Assembly (NCBI RefSeq): GCF_001194135.2
Contig: NC_068998.1
Span: 11,893,164 to 11,957,163 of the forward strand
Origin: Octopus bimaculoides
Lineage: Eukaryota
Direction of reading: 5' to 3'
Length of the DNA stretch: 64,000 nucleotides
Shown: positions 27,747 through 41,467 of the stretch, piece by piece
How positions within the stretch are numbered: the stretch's first letter is position 1
Layout: every line of letters starts with the position of its first letter
Notes under the pieces: model-generated
The model's database searches: none
Told to the model about the DNA's origin: nothing
What the model saw: only the letters and a program-made list of their open reading frames with translations
Position numbers and translations under genes: made by a program

Positions 27747-28971
27747 GTGTGCAATAGTATTACTGGTTCAGATTTATAGTAAATCAATCACTTGTTCACT
27801 GCTTTCCTTACAGCAAAAAAAATGATATGGAATCGTCTGCACAACTCAAAGAGGAACAAATGTGATGCAGATTATTAAAAAGTACCAGATTTTCCCATAT
27901 TTATACCATTTGCCAATATGCATTCACACATACACATGTTGTGTGTCCCATATGAAGACAGGTACACTGTATCTCTATGCATCATAGGAGGTAACTAAAA
28001 CGGTTAGCAATAGAAAGGACATCCAGCCACAAAACAAGTCTCAAAATATCCTTTCTAGCTAATGGCAACTTAGAACTGATGGTGAAGCTGGCACTAGGAC
28101 AATTTGCTGTTAGTCAATTCATCATCAGAACAATTTGTTGTTAGTATCCATGGTTTATAGTTTGCAATGTTTGCTTTGGTTTCAGTTTAAATTGCAGTTA
28201 TGGAAAAGACATTTGTTTCATAACTCAGTGAAATGTGTAGGTGTCAAACCATTGCTGTAAGTGGTTCTTGGGTCTGGTTTAGTAACATGCAAAGTAAATA
28301 AATAGAAGGTGAGTCCAGAGATATAGCAGAGATAACAATTATAACCCATTTATAAAACATCATTTGATTTTGTTAAAAAAAAAATACATTGATCACAACA
28401 GATCCAAGTAAGTGCCAAACTGCAAAAATTTATCCTGAGAGAAGAAGGTAGCCAAAAGAGAGAAATACTGAGATATGAACGAGAATATTAGAAATGTGAT
28501 AGACATTTACGATTCTGAACATAAAATCTCTTGAAAGCAATTGCTCACTACCTGAAATGTCTTGATATTTAAAATTTTTTTTTTGTTTTGTTGTGTGTGT
28601 GTTTGTGTGAATGTTCCTTGATAAATTTTGGCTAAATAAATTTTGGCTTTAATTATTTTACTTCATATGTTAATATAGAAGTGGCATTGCGTTTTTCTAC
28701 AGGCATTTCTTGCATTGATATATGTCCAGTGAAACAGAGGAGAAGGAAATAAAGAAAACGTAAAAGTAATTTATCTCAATACATTAGGTTTCGTTTTCTT
28801 TTCGACATACCATTCCAATTTTTGTTATTCCCCATATTTCAATACCATACTAAACTGAAAGAGAAATTTTGCATACTTTTTACCAGTTCAATACATTTTT
28901 AAGTACTGTTCAATAGCCTCAGGGTATTCTAACTTGAAGGGTGATGACAAATTCACCTGGGAATGATTTGA

Positions 28972-29018
<47 letters not shown>

Positions 29019-29031
29019 TATACACACATGC

Positions 29032-29070
<39 letters not shown>

Positions 29071-29272
29071 CATTATGTATATATACATGTGTGTGTGTGT
29101 GTATACACACCAATACAGGAATTGCTAATCCAAAAGCCTGGCAAATCCTCTCTTTCTCTTGTCACTCATATCATGTTCACCACAAAACCCACACTAACCA
29201 TAGTTAAAGCCTCATTCAGTTGATTCCATAGTATACCATTATTCTTTAATAGATAAGATAGTGAAGAATATA

Positions 29273-29310
<38 letters not shown>

Positions 29311-30070
29311 GCTGATACTTATTTCATTATTATTATGTGCATACATTTCCTAGATCAGCAAGATATGCACATTTTCCTTAGTATGTTGCCTGAAGTAATA
29401 TCCAGGCTTGGTTTCTTGAAAGTTTAATGGGAATAAAACATAATGATTCATTGAAATATATTCATCTTGATGTTCATCGGTTAGGTGCCTGCATTTCCCA
29501 CAACCAAATAATCTTGTATGAATGTAAAGGAATTTGCATAATTCAGATTTCTGCATTTCAAATTGCCATCGCTGAACATGGCTTTAAGTTTTTCAGTCAT
29601 TCTTTATTTCAACTGATGGTTGATTAATAACTTGCGTTAGATACTTCTCCAATGAATACTATACACACCAAGCCTGTTTTTATATTTATCACATAACTTA
29701 TATTTGTGAAGAGAGTTTGAAATAGTCATGCTGAAAAATAATTTCATCTGTTCTTTTCGTTGCGTTCTTTCTGGTTGATTTATTCAACTGATTAAAAGTA
29801 TCCAAGTAAGAAAAGAAAAATATATTGATTTTGTAAATCACATTTTAAAACATTTTCAAATTATTGATTATTTGGTACATACGAAAAAAAATTTCTTAAG
29901 AGGGAACGTTCGTATCAGGAACATGTAACTCTAAGCCAGATTTAGATAGAATTTCATCGGTATTTTTTTTTTTAGCCTCCGCCTTTTAGTCAATTTATCT
30001 GTACCTAATTTATACTTGCATACATTTACACTATTTTTTTTATCCTTGATTAAAGATTTCAAAAATGGTT

Positions 30071-30459
30071 AGGTGTGGCTGCATGGTAAGAAGCTGGCTT
30101 CCCAATCACATGATTCTGGGTTCAGTCCCATTGCGTGGCACCTTGGGCAAGTGTCTTCTACTATAGCCTCGGGGCAACCAAAGCCTTGTGAGTGGATTTG
30201 GTAGATGGAAACTGAAAGAAGCCCGCCGTATATATATATATGTATGTATGTATGTTTGTGTGTCTGTATTTGCCCCCGACGCTCTCACTTGACATCTAAT
30301 GTTGGTATGTTTACGTCGCCATAACTTAGCGGTTCAGCAAGAGACCGATAGAATAAGTATTAGGCTCACGAAGAATAAGTCCTGGGGTTGATTTGTTCGA
30401 CTAAAGGCAGTGTTCCAGCATGGCCACAGTCAAAATGACTGAAACAAGTAAAAGAATAA
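30071..30459 (+). mobile_element. tRNA-derived SINE, family B, with internal (AT)/(GT) microsatellite
   Basis: Head gtgtggctgcatggtaagaag, ggttcagtccca, core cttgggcaagtgtctt, tail atgactgaaacaagtaaaagaataa. Relatives near 3630-4035, 6060-6350 (minus), 26097-26410, 57455 and 61383. Confidence 0.85.
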
Positions 30460-31192
30460 CTCTTTGCCCAACCAAAGCGTTTTCGTAAATTTGTCCTAGA
30501 CAACCAACCTTGTCTGACTTTTTAGTTAGGTCTTGTTTCATACGTTCTGAATAATATAAAGGTTTGCTTTCGTAAGACCCAAGTTATTCTGGTGGTTGAA
30601 AAAAAACTAGGAATGTTTATCATATATGATGTATGGATGCTAGGGAAATATGTCCTGTCTATAACGTGTAACACAAAGGACAGGCAAAGATTTATACAAT
30701 TGTGTTTCCCATCGATTACATTAACTCAAAGCTCTTTATAACAAGTCCTGAGTAACTGAAAATACTAAATCTCTGTTCTGACTACTAACTAAACCTCCTG
30801 ACTTTCCACAAGAAAGATTAAACAACAAACTGAATAGAAAATATTCCAGGTGCAAGACAGCGTCTTACACTAGCAATTACAAAACATCATTGTTCCAAAT
30901 CAGACATATGTAGCAACTAGAGGTGGCTAAAGATGTTAGTTGTTCCTAAAAAATTCATTAATTACTTGTGTATTACGACCTGACTGAGCAGTTCAACAAC
31001 AAAAGAACCCCATCAACTGTTATTTGAAATAGCTGGTTAATTATCATCTCATCAATTAGTATTGTTTTGACTGTTAACCACCCCTTTTCTTCTGTTCTTG
31101 TTTACAGCCAACTATTTTCTAATGTATTATACATATCTTTAGTATATTTGATTGAGTTTAAGAAGTTTCATTACACTTGTAAAGTTTACTTG

Positions 31193-31239
<47 letters not shown>

Positions 31240-31957
31240 TACATGCAAGTGTATGCACATCTCAGGATTGGCATGATTATTGATGTGAGAGTGGGGGATA
31301 GACAGACAGACAGAGCCAGTCAGACGAGAGAAACAGAAGTCATGAGACAGGGGAGAAAAAGCCTGCTAGGGAAGACTGGTGTCGACATCTATACATCAAC
31401 CTCTGGCCACAAACACAGAATTTATGTGTATGAGTGTGCATTCAAAATGATATGTTGATACAAAACAGATACATTATGATCTCACACATATATAAATATA
31501 TATTCACAAAAACACGTAGTTACATTCAGACAAACTTTCATATATATACATATACAAACAAACATACATATTTCAAGGAGACAGTCTTTCTGTGCTACTG
31601 TTTATTTTGGCACTAAATCCACTGTTATTTCTTTTATAAAAATCAAGTAGTTATATGCTAGGCAAGCGACACTAATGTAACCCATAATTTTTCTGTAGAT
31701 GTTGTAAATATTTATATTAGAAATATTTACATCAAAGGTCTTTCAATTTACCCTGCTCCACACGAGTGCTAAAAATACATAGGTATCAACAAAGATATAT
31801 CATATAAAAGTCATGTGAACATTAGAGAACATTATATCAGACTTTAAAAAATATGTCTGTCGGAGCCTTCCCCTCACAAAACAATATTCCACAAAGCATG
31901 ACATGAATCAGCACAACACTGTGCATGTCCAAGAGTCCTATAACTACCTGAAAATAC

Positions 31958-32304
31958 GACCTTTGGAAATGTGCTATGCGTGAGAAGACCCGGCAAGCCA
32001 AGTGAGACCGTTGCCAGTGCCCCTGGACTGGCTCTTGTGCGGGTGGCACATAAAAGACACCATTTTGAGTGTGGCCGTTGCCAGTACTACCTGACTGGCC
32101 TTCGTGCAGATGACACGTAAAAGCACCCACTACACTCTCTGAGTGGTTGGCGTTAGGAAGGGCATCCAGCTGTAGAAACTCTGCCAAATTAGATTGGAGC
32201 CTGGTGTTGCCATCCGGTTTCACCAGTCCTCAGTCAAATCGTCCAACCCATGCAAGCATGGAAAGCGGACGTTAAACGATGATGATGATGATGATGATGA
32301 TGAT
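31958..32304 (+). mobile_element. Young RTE-like LINE 3' end with (GAT)n tail
   Basis: Ends the frame DLWKCAMREKTRQAK*, followed by a 3' UTR ...ggaaagcggacgttaaac(gat)n that is near-identical to four other copies in the window. Confidence 0.8.
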
Positions 32305-34092
32305 GTGCAAAGGGTAAAAGGGAGTTCGTTTTGATCCTACCTGACTTGAAATTCATGCACACCTGGATATGCTGTTTCATGAAGAGGGGGGGGTGCATAT
32401 TTCTGTTTGTGATGTTTGTATGTCCATATTTATTACTAATTGCATTAACTTATTACACTTGACACTTTTTTTTTTATATGCATCTGCTTTTTAGTTAGCA
32501 TTGTGTGATTAAAGAACAACCACACATGCACAACATTATTTTAAAGTACAAATGGCAACATACAAAAAAGAAAAATGTCTTCAGAAATACTGCCAATTTT
32601 CACAATAAGTCACTATAAATATATTGTTTGTTATTTTTTTTTCCCCAAATAAACGCATGCACTATATACTCGTTGTTCACTTCAGTTTTATTATTGTTCT
32701 TATCTTGGTGTCCTTTGTCTTAAATCTTTCGTCACACCAGTTCAGCGACTCCCCATCCCACGTGTCACCTCCTGTCCTGTTCAATCCATTCTCATAAACA
32801 TAAGAGACTAAACACTTTGAACAAACCCATTTTTAGGTACTTTCTGCTTAATCAATACAGAACTGAGCTTTTGACTTTGAAAGTTTTCAACAGGATGTTA
32901 GAGAGTTAAGCAAAAATGTTAACACAGTGCATTAATGTAGATTCATTTTATTTAAATATCCCATACATTTATAGTAACAACAGTAAGTTTAAAAAGCTTG
33001 ACAACAAAACGGCCATAAAATTTTTTTTTATGTATTCAATCTAACAATAAAAAAACTTAACAGTTATCCTCATTTCAATAAGCAATATTTACCTATCAGT
33101 TTAGCCATCTCAAAATAATGTTTACAAATGTATGACAATACACACACACATATATATACAGACGTGTGTATGTGCAAGTGTATATACACACACACACGCA
33201 CACACACACACACACACACACAACTGGTGGTTAAAGAACCCTGATAAGTCACATCTGTTACCAAGAGAGGTGTGACAATACAATGTGCATTAGAGCATGC
33301 TGAAATGAAGCAATTCTTTTATGCTTAGAAGACCCACCTAGCACCCACACAAACTTCTTTCTCTTTCTCCCCTCTGCACACAAACACATGAACACACACA
33401 CATTTATGTACTTGCTAATATAATGTATATACATATATAAACATAGACATAGATAGCTGAGTGATTAAGAAGACACTGTTGGCTGGTATCTTCTACTATA
33501 GCTGCAGCTTGACCAATGCCTTGCAAGAAAAATTTGGTGTGGAGAAAGCTTATTTGTTCCCCTCGTCCCCATACAAGCATGCTAATTGTAAACGAAAGTC
33601 ACCATCATACAAGCAGCTTCACTTGCTTGCAACTCACCATGAAAGCATGTCAAGGTTATTGATGTTCAAGGAACAAAGGAACATATAACTTACTTGAAAA
33701 CAGGTGACAGTTGGTGACAAGAAAAGCAACTGGGTAAAGAAAAATTTGTCTCAATAAAGCTTCCCTTTACCCATGGGGACATAGAAAAGTGGATAGTAAA
33801 ATCACGATGTGTGTTCCAGGCACTTCTGAGAAATACAGGTACACCCATAAATTAAGAGATAGTGTTGTGGATCAGGAATAGTCCATTCGCTTGCAAAATT
33901 TTCAAATTCATTAAAAGCTTTATGGTGGCCATCACAACAACAAATATGTAAATAGTAGGGGACATAATGATCAGAATAGTTAAAATATCATATGAAAATA
34001 TTCTACATAAAAGAAAACAACTTCCAATGTCAGTATTGACAACATTATATTTATAAATACACAAACACAAACACACACACACAACACACACA

Positions 34093-34392
34093 ATTTAATG
34101 TACACAGTATATAGTTATGAGCTACTAATAGTTTCATACATTGGAGATATTTTCTAGGCAGGTTTTAATAACATGCTTAGTATCTCCAAGTAATCTTCAG
34201 GCTCTGAGCACATGGCCTATACAAGTTACAAATTAGGACAATAGAACATTGATTTGTAACTTGTATAGGTCATGTGCTCAGAGACTGAAGATCACTTTGA
34301 GGTACTAGGCATGTTATTAAAACCTACCTGGAAAATATTTCCAATGTATGAAACTATTAGTAGCTCATAACTATACACTGTGTACATTAAAT
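34093..34392. repeat. Long inverted repeat: 141-bp arms, 18-nt spacer, 10 mismatches, no indels
   Basis: 34093-34233 is the reverse complement of 34252-34392 (checked base by base). Confidence 0.97.
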
Positions 34393-36540
34393 AATATTCA
34401 TCTCTCATCAGATGGAGTACTTTCTTTGTTGGTGTTACCCTAGCAGAAAAGTAAACTCTGTGTGTGTGTGTGTGTGTGTGCACACGCGCACATACATGCC
34501 ATCATCATTTAACATCCCTTTTTCCATGCTTCAGATCAACTAACATTATCTGACAGAAAATAAAGCCCCCAAATTCTAGTGAAAATAGGTTCGATGAAAA
34601 TATATTTATCATTATCATCGTCGTTTGACATCTGCTTTCCATGCTAGCATGGGCGCACACACACACACACACAAAATGATTTTAGTTTCTGTATATTTTA
34701 GTGACAAGTGAAAGAATAAACTAAAAAAACATATGCCTTAAATCAAATTTAAAAAGCTAAAGTCTTTCTACATGCTGTATTTAACCAAGCCCTCTTTATT
34801 AACAAGTAGTTTTATCACAATCCAATGACAGAATTTGACAAAGTTACAAAAATTATTTTGTTATCATAAAGATACATGTACAGATTAGAATTTTCGAAAG
34901 TACAATCAGTTAAGACAGTAAAATATAAAAAAAGAAAATTAAACACTAGTGAAAAACATGTAAGATATGATAACCAAGACAGATATATGACAAAATTGTA
35001 TTTAGAACAAAGTGAGATTACAAAAAATATTACTTTTTTATGAAGAACTAAGCAATCTAATAATATAACTAACTGGCAGTGTGTCTCCATCACTCTCACT
35101 GTTTGTCCACCCTCAAAGGGAGATCATGCTGAGTTTGATCTCTTTTGGCTACTTTATACCACCTAAAGCGTTACTTGCTTGATGGGAAATGTCATGAATA
35201 TATTTATGAGAAATTTAATTGTATTTTAATTTAATAAATATTTTTGTTTTAAAAATTAATATTCAACATTTTGTGTAAACATTATGAAATTTGAATAAAT
35301 AAAATTATAGCCATCACTCTTGTGTAACATTATCACCTAATATTACTCACAGTGGCAAAAGTATGTTCTTAATAATACCAGTCATACAAAGAGTAACACT
35401 TGTGGTTATACTTGGGATCAAATAAGTGGACATATAAGAAGTATATCTGGTTTGTAATGGTTTCAAATGAAATTTATGTGATAAACCTGAAATAAACTGG
35501 TTCAATTTAACTTTTAACAACATCCTGTTGAAAATTTTCCCAGTCCTGTAATAACTGAACAGAAAATATCCAAAAATAGTTTTGTTTATCTAATGTTATT
35601 GTTTAATATCCGCTTTCTATGCTGGTATGGGTTAGTCAGTTTGAAGGGAGCCGGCCAGGTAGAAGATTATCCTAACAACAAGCACCCCTTAGAGTGGACA
35701 AAGTGCTTTTTATGTGGCACCAGCACAGGTGAGGTCAGTTTGGCATGGTTTTTACAGCTGGATGCCCTTCCAAATGCCAACCATTTCCCTTTTTTTTAAT
35801 GTAAGCAGTCATTTGTGCAAAAATAATGCACATGTGTCGGTGTTAATTACATGATATCTAAAGAAGATGGTGAAAAGAAAGATGTTAGTATTAAATGCAA
35901 TAGTAAAAAAAAAAAAAAAAGAACACGAACACACAAACATCACAAACAAAAAATTTCTTCCAGCTCTTTGCAGCTTATTCATTATGGAATTTACAGGTAA
36001 GTTTTAACTCCCATAAGAAACAACATTCATGTATGCATGTATTTCAACACATGTAGGGCCAAAGTTGTCTGCTGCCTTTTGTTCTATACAGATTACTCTG
36101 CTGGGTGGTCATATGATCAAAACTCAATGAAAAAAAGTTGAAAAAAATATTTCACATTTGATCTTGTTAGTATTTTGGGACCAACAATATTTGCAAAACG
36201 TTTACTATTTAGCCATTCTTCTGGTAATATTTCTTTCAAGTCACTTGATGAAACTTTGGAAAGTCAGACATTGAGTGTTCATGGAAAAAAAGAGATTCCG
36301 AAGCTTTATCTGCCACTGATTCCTCAATTAAATCATTGAATAAGTCGTAAGTTGTCACTCAAAGAATGATTAGTGGCTATTCTTGAGAGAAAATTTCAGT
36401 TAAAAACACAAACACTAAAACAAAAATCTCAAAGATTCAGCAACACATGGATCAATGTTTAATGAACATAGCAGAATATAAATAAACAACAGAGGAAGGG
36501 ATTTAAGTTTCCTTCTTTCAATGAGAGACTGTAACTTCTT

Positions 36541-36754
36541 TTAACCCTTTTGCATTTAAACCAGCCATATCTGGCCCAGATATTTTACTTATTTCATGTT
36601 CGAATTGACCAGATTCAGCCACTTATACTGACCCTACACTGCCATTCTAAAAACAAACAATCACATCGTTGAAATTTCAACATTATAAGATAATGTGTGA
36701 TTCAAAACAACGTGAATGAATACGCATTACATTTGACAGAGTAAACTGAATGCT
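36541..36754 (+). mobile_element. TTAA MITE family 1
   Basis: Starts ttaacccttttgcatttaaaccagcc; right TIR truncated. Confidence 0.75.
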
Positions 36755-37568
36755 TGGTTCAGTTTGTGTGGTTTCACATGGTATAGAACTGATGGATAGG
36801 ATATAGTGCAGTGCAGATTTGTCATAGAGACTGTTAAGATCTAATATATAATACGTAAAGAGGAAATTATTTTAAATGATCTACTAACAGTAAGATTATA
36901 CCTCAGTAACACTATATATTAAACAATTTGTAATGTTTTTCTTGCATTAACTTGAAGTTATTTTGAACAAGTGTCAAAGTAAGATATATTTCTTAAAATT
37001 ATAGGCCAGCTACAAGATACTTAGTTTGTACAGCTATTGACTAGAAAAAATTTAATACAATGTCATCTGATCGTTAACAAAAGGTTATTTGCATTATCAT
37101 AAATTGTTTTAGGAAAGCATTTTCTTTAGCTTAAATTACAGGTAAGTTTAGATATCATAATTATAGCCAAGACAACAAAAATCAGAATGAATGTGGTACA
37201 AACCAAAATGTTAGAAGAAACATCCAAAACCCAGCAACAGAATGAAGGGACAAAAGCAATAGTACAAAGACAATGTTAACTATATGGACTTCACAAATGA
37301 AATGATACAAGACGGAAACACATGAAAATGTTTCTTGCGACCCATTCAACATATCTAGTGGGTGAGACAAAAAGAAAGATATCTTGGTACTAATAGATAA
37401 CCTATATCAACTGCATACAACTACTAAAATCAAACAAATTTCAAATCCAGAAATTTAGGACAGATTTCAGAGAGGAGGTTGGAATTCTTGCTGCAACTTA
37501 TAAATAAATGTTTCCAGATTTATCTGCACTGTATTAACCTTTTTTCTTAACATCTTGCTGGAAAAGCC

Positions 37569-37796
37569 TTAACCCTTCAGTATTCAAATTATGCTGTCAA
37601 ATGCAATGCTTATTTATTCATGTTGCTTTGAATTAATCCTGCATTATCTTGTAGCTCTGAGATTTTGATGAGGTTACAGTTAATATTTAGAATGATATTG
37701 TAGGGTTAGTGTGAGAGGCCAGATCTGACCAGTTTGAGCACAGAACAAGAAGAATATTTTGGCCAGATATGGCCCGTTTAAATGCCAAAGGGTTAA
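37569..37796 (-). mobile_element. TTAA MITE family 1
   Basis: ttaacccttcag... to ...gccaaagggttaa. Confidence 0.8.
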
Positions 37797-38646
37797 AAAT
37801 GGACTTCTTTATTCAATTTATAATGTATTTACTTGTGGTCAGATTCTAAAAATGACAGTAAGATAAAAACTGCAAAAATTCAGCAATAATAATAGCAAAT
37901 ATGGCAGAATGTAAATAAATGAAAGGAGGAATTAAAGTTTTTTCTTTAACTTCTTTAAAGATATAAATAAGATTGGTGTGATTCAGGAAGTCACAGATAG
38001 TATAGGGCTGACAAATATACACTCTCAGACGGATTCATGTAGTACAGAATGTTAAGAGTTAAATAAAGAAAACTAAGTTTGTGATTAACTGCTACTAAAT
38101 ATATGGAAATGAAAAGTTTAAGTATAAAATCTATCATTACTCGTACATTTTGTTAGGATAATAAATCACTAACAAGAGGAAAATTAATATTTTTGCACAT
38201 ACAAATAGGTAATTGGTATGTATGTTTGTTCACAAATGAATATTGTTGAGTCACAAGAGGTGATGTTACTGTCACTTCTCTTGTCATGATATCATCCACT
38301 ACCTTTATGCCTTAGAAGACGCATGGAATAAGTAATCCTTTACTTGAAAATCAGGCAAGGGTGTATGACAGGAAGGGCATCCAGCTGTAAAAACAATGCC
38401 CTGATAATATATTCATCTAATTTACACTAGCATAGAAAACAGATTAAGAAATATATATATCATCATCTTAACATCTATTTTTCTGTGCTCAAATGGATGA
38501 GAGGGAATTTGCTGAAAATTTTCTACAATCATTTGATGCCCTTCTTGTCAGAGAAGACTGAAAACAAAGGGCACGGCTTGCATGAAGGTGACATTCACTT
38601 ACAACTCACACACAATGTCAAGCCAAAAAGACAGTAACACACACAA

Positions 38647-38869
38647 GGCGGTGAGCTGGCAGAAACGTTAGCGCGCCGGGTGAAATGCTTAGCGTCTGCC
38701 ATTACGTTCTGAGTTCAAATTCCGCTGAGCTCGACTTTGCCTTTCATCCTTTCAGAGGCAATAAATAAAGTACCAGTTACGCACTGGGGTCGATGTAATT
38801 GACTTAATCCCTTTGTCTGTCCTTGTTTGTCCCCTTTATGTTTAGCCCCTTGTGGGCAATAAAGAAATA
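38647..38869 (+). mobile_element. tRNA-derived SINE, family A
   Basis: Head ggcggtgagctggcagaa, B-box gagttcaaattcc, body gactttgcctttcatcctt, tail aataaagaaata. Decayed relatives near 20575, 20865, 53290 and 57115. Confidence 0.85.
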
Positions 38870-39215
38870 TATATATACACACACCTATATAAAATAGATG
38901 CAGCTAATGTAGAAGATATTGCTCTCCAAATGGCATGTATCAAGCCTAAATGGAAGGTAAGGCATTGTTTGTATACATGAGCTTCGAAGAAGAAAATACA
39001 AGAAAAGCCATAAAAGCACGGAAATAGGAGGAGTTTAAATATTATGGTGATTGGTTATGCTTATGCGTCGTTTTGGTGTCAAAATTTACAGCGTATTGGT
39101 TAATAAAAATTCATTTCAGAAAAATATGTTCAATTGTTAGTGGAGGTACCAAGTTTACTACTTCAAAATTTTTATAATTGCCATATTTTCAATAAAAAGT
39201 GTTGTTAATGGGCTT

Positions 39216-39282
<67 letters not shown>

Positions 39283-39849
39283 ATTAGGTAGTGTATGAGA
39301 AGAAATGAAAATTCATTGATATGGATCAGTAAGTATATAGGTTAGGAGTACAGGAAACTCTGTGTGTCTGTACGCGTACACACCATTTGGTGATTTGATA
39401 CAGAACTTAGTGAATAAGTGTATGAAGGTGACATAACCTTCCTCAAGTCCACTTGTCCTTAGTAATGACAATTAAGCTATTGTTTATCACAAATATTTTT
39501 GTGGAACTAATGTGAGGGGATGATTTAAGTAGGCTGAGGAGTATCTTTCTACAGTATAAAAGTGTTTTAATTTTTAATTTCCTCTCCACAAGGTGGATAA
39601 TTTCATGTGGCAGATATAAATTATTTAAACTTACACCATGCAGAAATTCAAAAGCTAAAATGTGTATATTAATTTCGTTTACATGCAGTGGATAATGGAT
39701 GTGGTAAAGGGAGGGGGGTGGGTGGAGATATTTAGATGTGATGACAGTGTTAGTAGAACTATAGTGCTTCAAGTTAGTTCTCATTTCCAACTTGTATAAG
39801 AAGCAAGAGGTGACTGAGTAAGGACTCATTCAACAGGAGTTGGGTTGTC

Positions 39850-40300
39850 AACATCAACAGACTTAACAGCTGCAGGAGCAAAGTAGGAACGAAGACTGAA
39901 TATCTACCTGGAGTTGTTTACTTTGCTGGTGCTACTTCTGAATATCAGTTTCTGGTGACAAGTCAATATACAAAAGGACATGTAAACAGAAAGTTTGGTT
40001 TACTTCAGCAATGGTTTATCATTTTCATCATCCTCACTACCTTTACTGTCACCAGTAAGAGCTTCTTCTGCTCTATCTCCTTCAGTTAATATCTGATATC
40101 CAGATTCTGATAGCATCTTCTGTAACATGTTTCTCTTGCCCCTCTAAAATCCACAACAAAAATCACTTGCCTTGAATTCTTCAAAATTGTATTCTACCTC
40201 AACATTTATAATCCCCACAAGCACTGATTAGACTGGTAATCTTCAGTGTCCTCCACGAAACTGCTAAACTGAATATTGCTGACTTGAGGTTTTAGTTTTT
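39850..40300 (-). mobile_element. Probable pogo/Tigger-like transposase C-terminal remnant
   Basis: Frame IINVEVEYNFEEFKASDFCCGF*RGKRNMLQKMLSESGYQILTEGDRAEEALTGDSKGSEDDENDKPLLK*. GYQILT followed by an acidic tract resembles Tigger/Jerky-type C-termini (recalled); there is an internal stop. Confidence 0.4.
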
Positions 40301-40499
40301 TCTTTTTCTTTTTATTATTTTCTTATTGTCCTAGTGTCTCTTCTATCACAGTGAGAACTTCATTCATATATCATTTGTAGTCTACAATTATACATCAATC
40401 TATTGATGGAACTGTGGCAGTAACATTGAGTGTTAAGAAAATACAACTTATTTTCTCATCATTACTGACAAGATGGTGACTGAGTCAGTAGGTGCATTG

Positions 40500-41310
40500 T
40501 CAAGAATTAACACTGCCTTCATCTCTCAGCAGAGAATTTGAAGACATCTTACTGGGATTTATGCATTTCAAGAATGAAATGTGAGGAAAACCAGTTGTTA
40601 AAAATAAGCAAGATTTCACCACAATGCACTCGTACATCATATCTTTCAAAACTCACAGATATGACTTTCCAGCCATCACTAATTTTAAAAGATACATACT
40701 GTTTGTGTTTATATGCTTGAAATCAATGCACACATGCTCTTTTCTTGATCTGGTGACAGTCAAAGAATTCTGCGCATATCCTCATGACATGGAAATGAAA
40801 GCTCAGTTCACGGAATGTTGGTACCCCATGTTCCCCGAAACTTCAAGATCCAGTGATTGGCATACAAAGTCATGATATTTATTTGGGGGAATGAGACTAG
40901 CATCATTCTCCCTGATTTGCTGAAACATGGCTGCACCATGAACAGCAAGTGGTACACTGATATGCTAAAAAGATGTAGAGAAACCATTAACAAGGAAAGG
41001 ATCTACAATCACTATTTCAATGCACAATCACATCTCCGGCAACAAATCAAGCAATTAGCAAACTGGACAGGTCAGTGACACCCCATCAAGCACACAGCTT
41101 GGATGTGGTGCCTCAAACTTTCACTTGTGCTAATCAAGAACAATATTTCAGAACAATGATTTGATAACAGATAAAACGAAGGAAGCTGTAGAGAAATAGG
41201 TCAAACAGCATACACTAAATTTTTTTCAAAGGGAATTGGAAGGTTGGGTTCAGCGGAGGTAAATGCATTGCTTCTGAGGGAGACTATGCTGAGTAGGACC
41301 TTTGTAAAGA
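40500..41310 (+). mobile_element. Degenerate mariner (Tc1/mariner) transposase
   Basis: Fragments SFLDLVTVKE, YPHDMEMKAQFTECW, KVMIFIWG..IILPDLLKHGCTMNSKWYTDML and KCIASEGDYAE* match mariner motifs (RIVTGDE, YEPETKRQS.EW, KVMATVFWD, KCI..EGDYVE), with frameshifts and stops. Confidence 0.8.
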
Positions 41311-41433
41311 GATCTAACGCATGCAATGTGAACAACCCATACCAGTTAATAAAAGAAAACTATGCACACTTTTGCATTACTTTTATAACAATCTTTGTAT
41401 ACATAGATACACCATACACATATATAAGCACAA

Positions 41434-41467
<34 letters not shown>

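Noticed and set aside
29350-29620. Possible hAT/Buster transposase relic on the minus strand
   Set aside because: Resemblance to the region before the dimerisation domain is too weak to call without a profile search.
34328-34440. Exon-like segment with gtaggt donor (ORF 34292-34483)
   Set aside because: Half of it lies in the right arm of the inverted repeat; the open frame has no support.
38251-38290. Small hairpins at about 38255 and about 35115
   Set aside because: Stems of only about 11 bp, which is expected by chance in AT-rich DNA.
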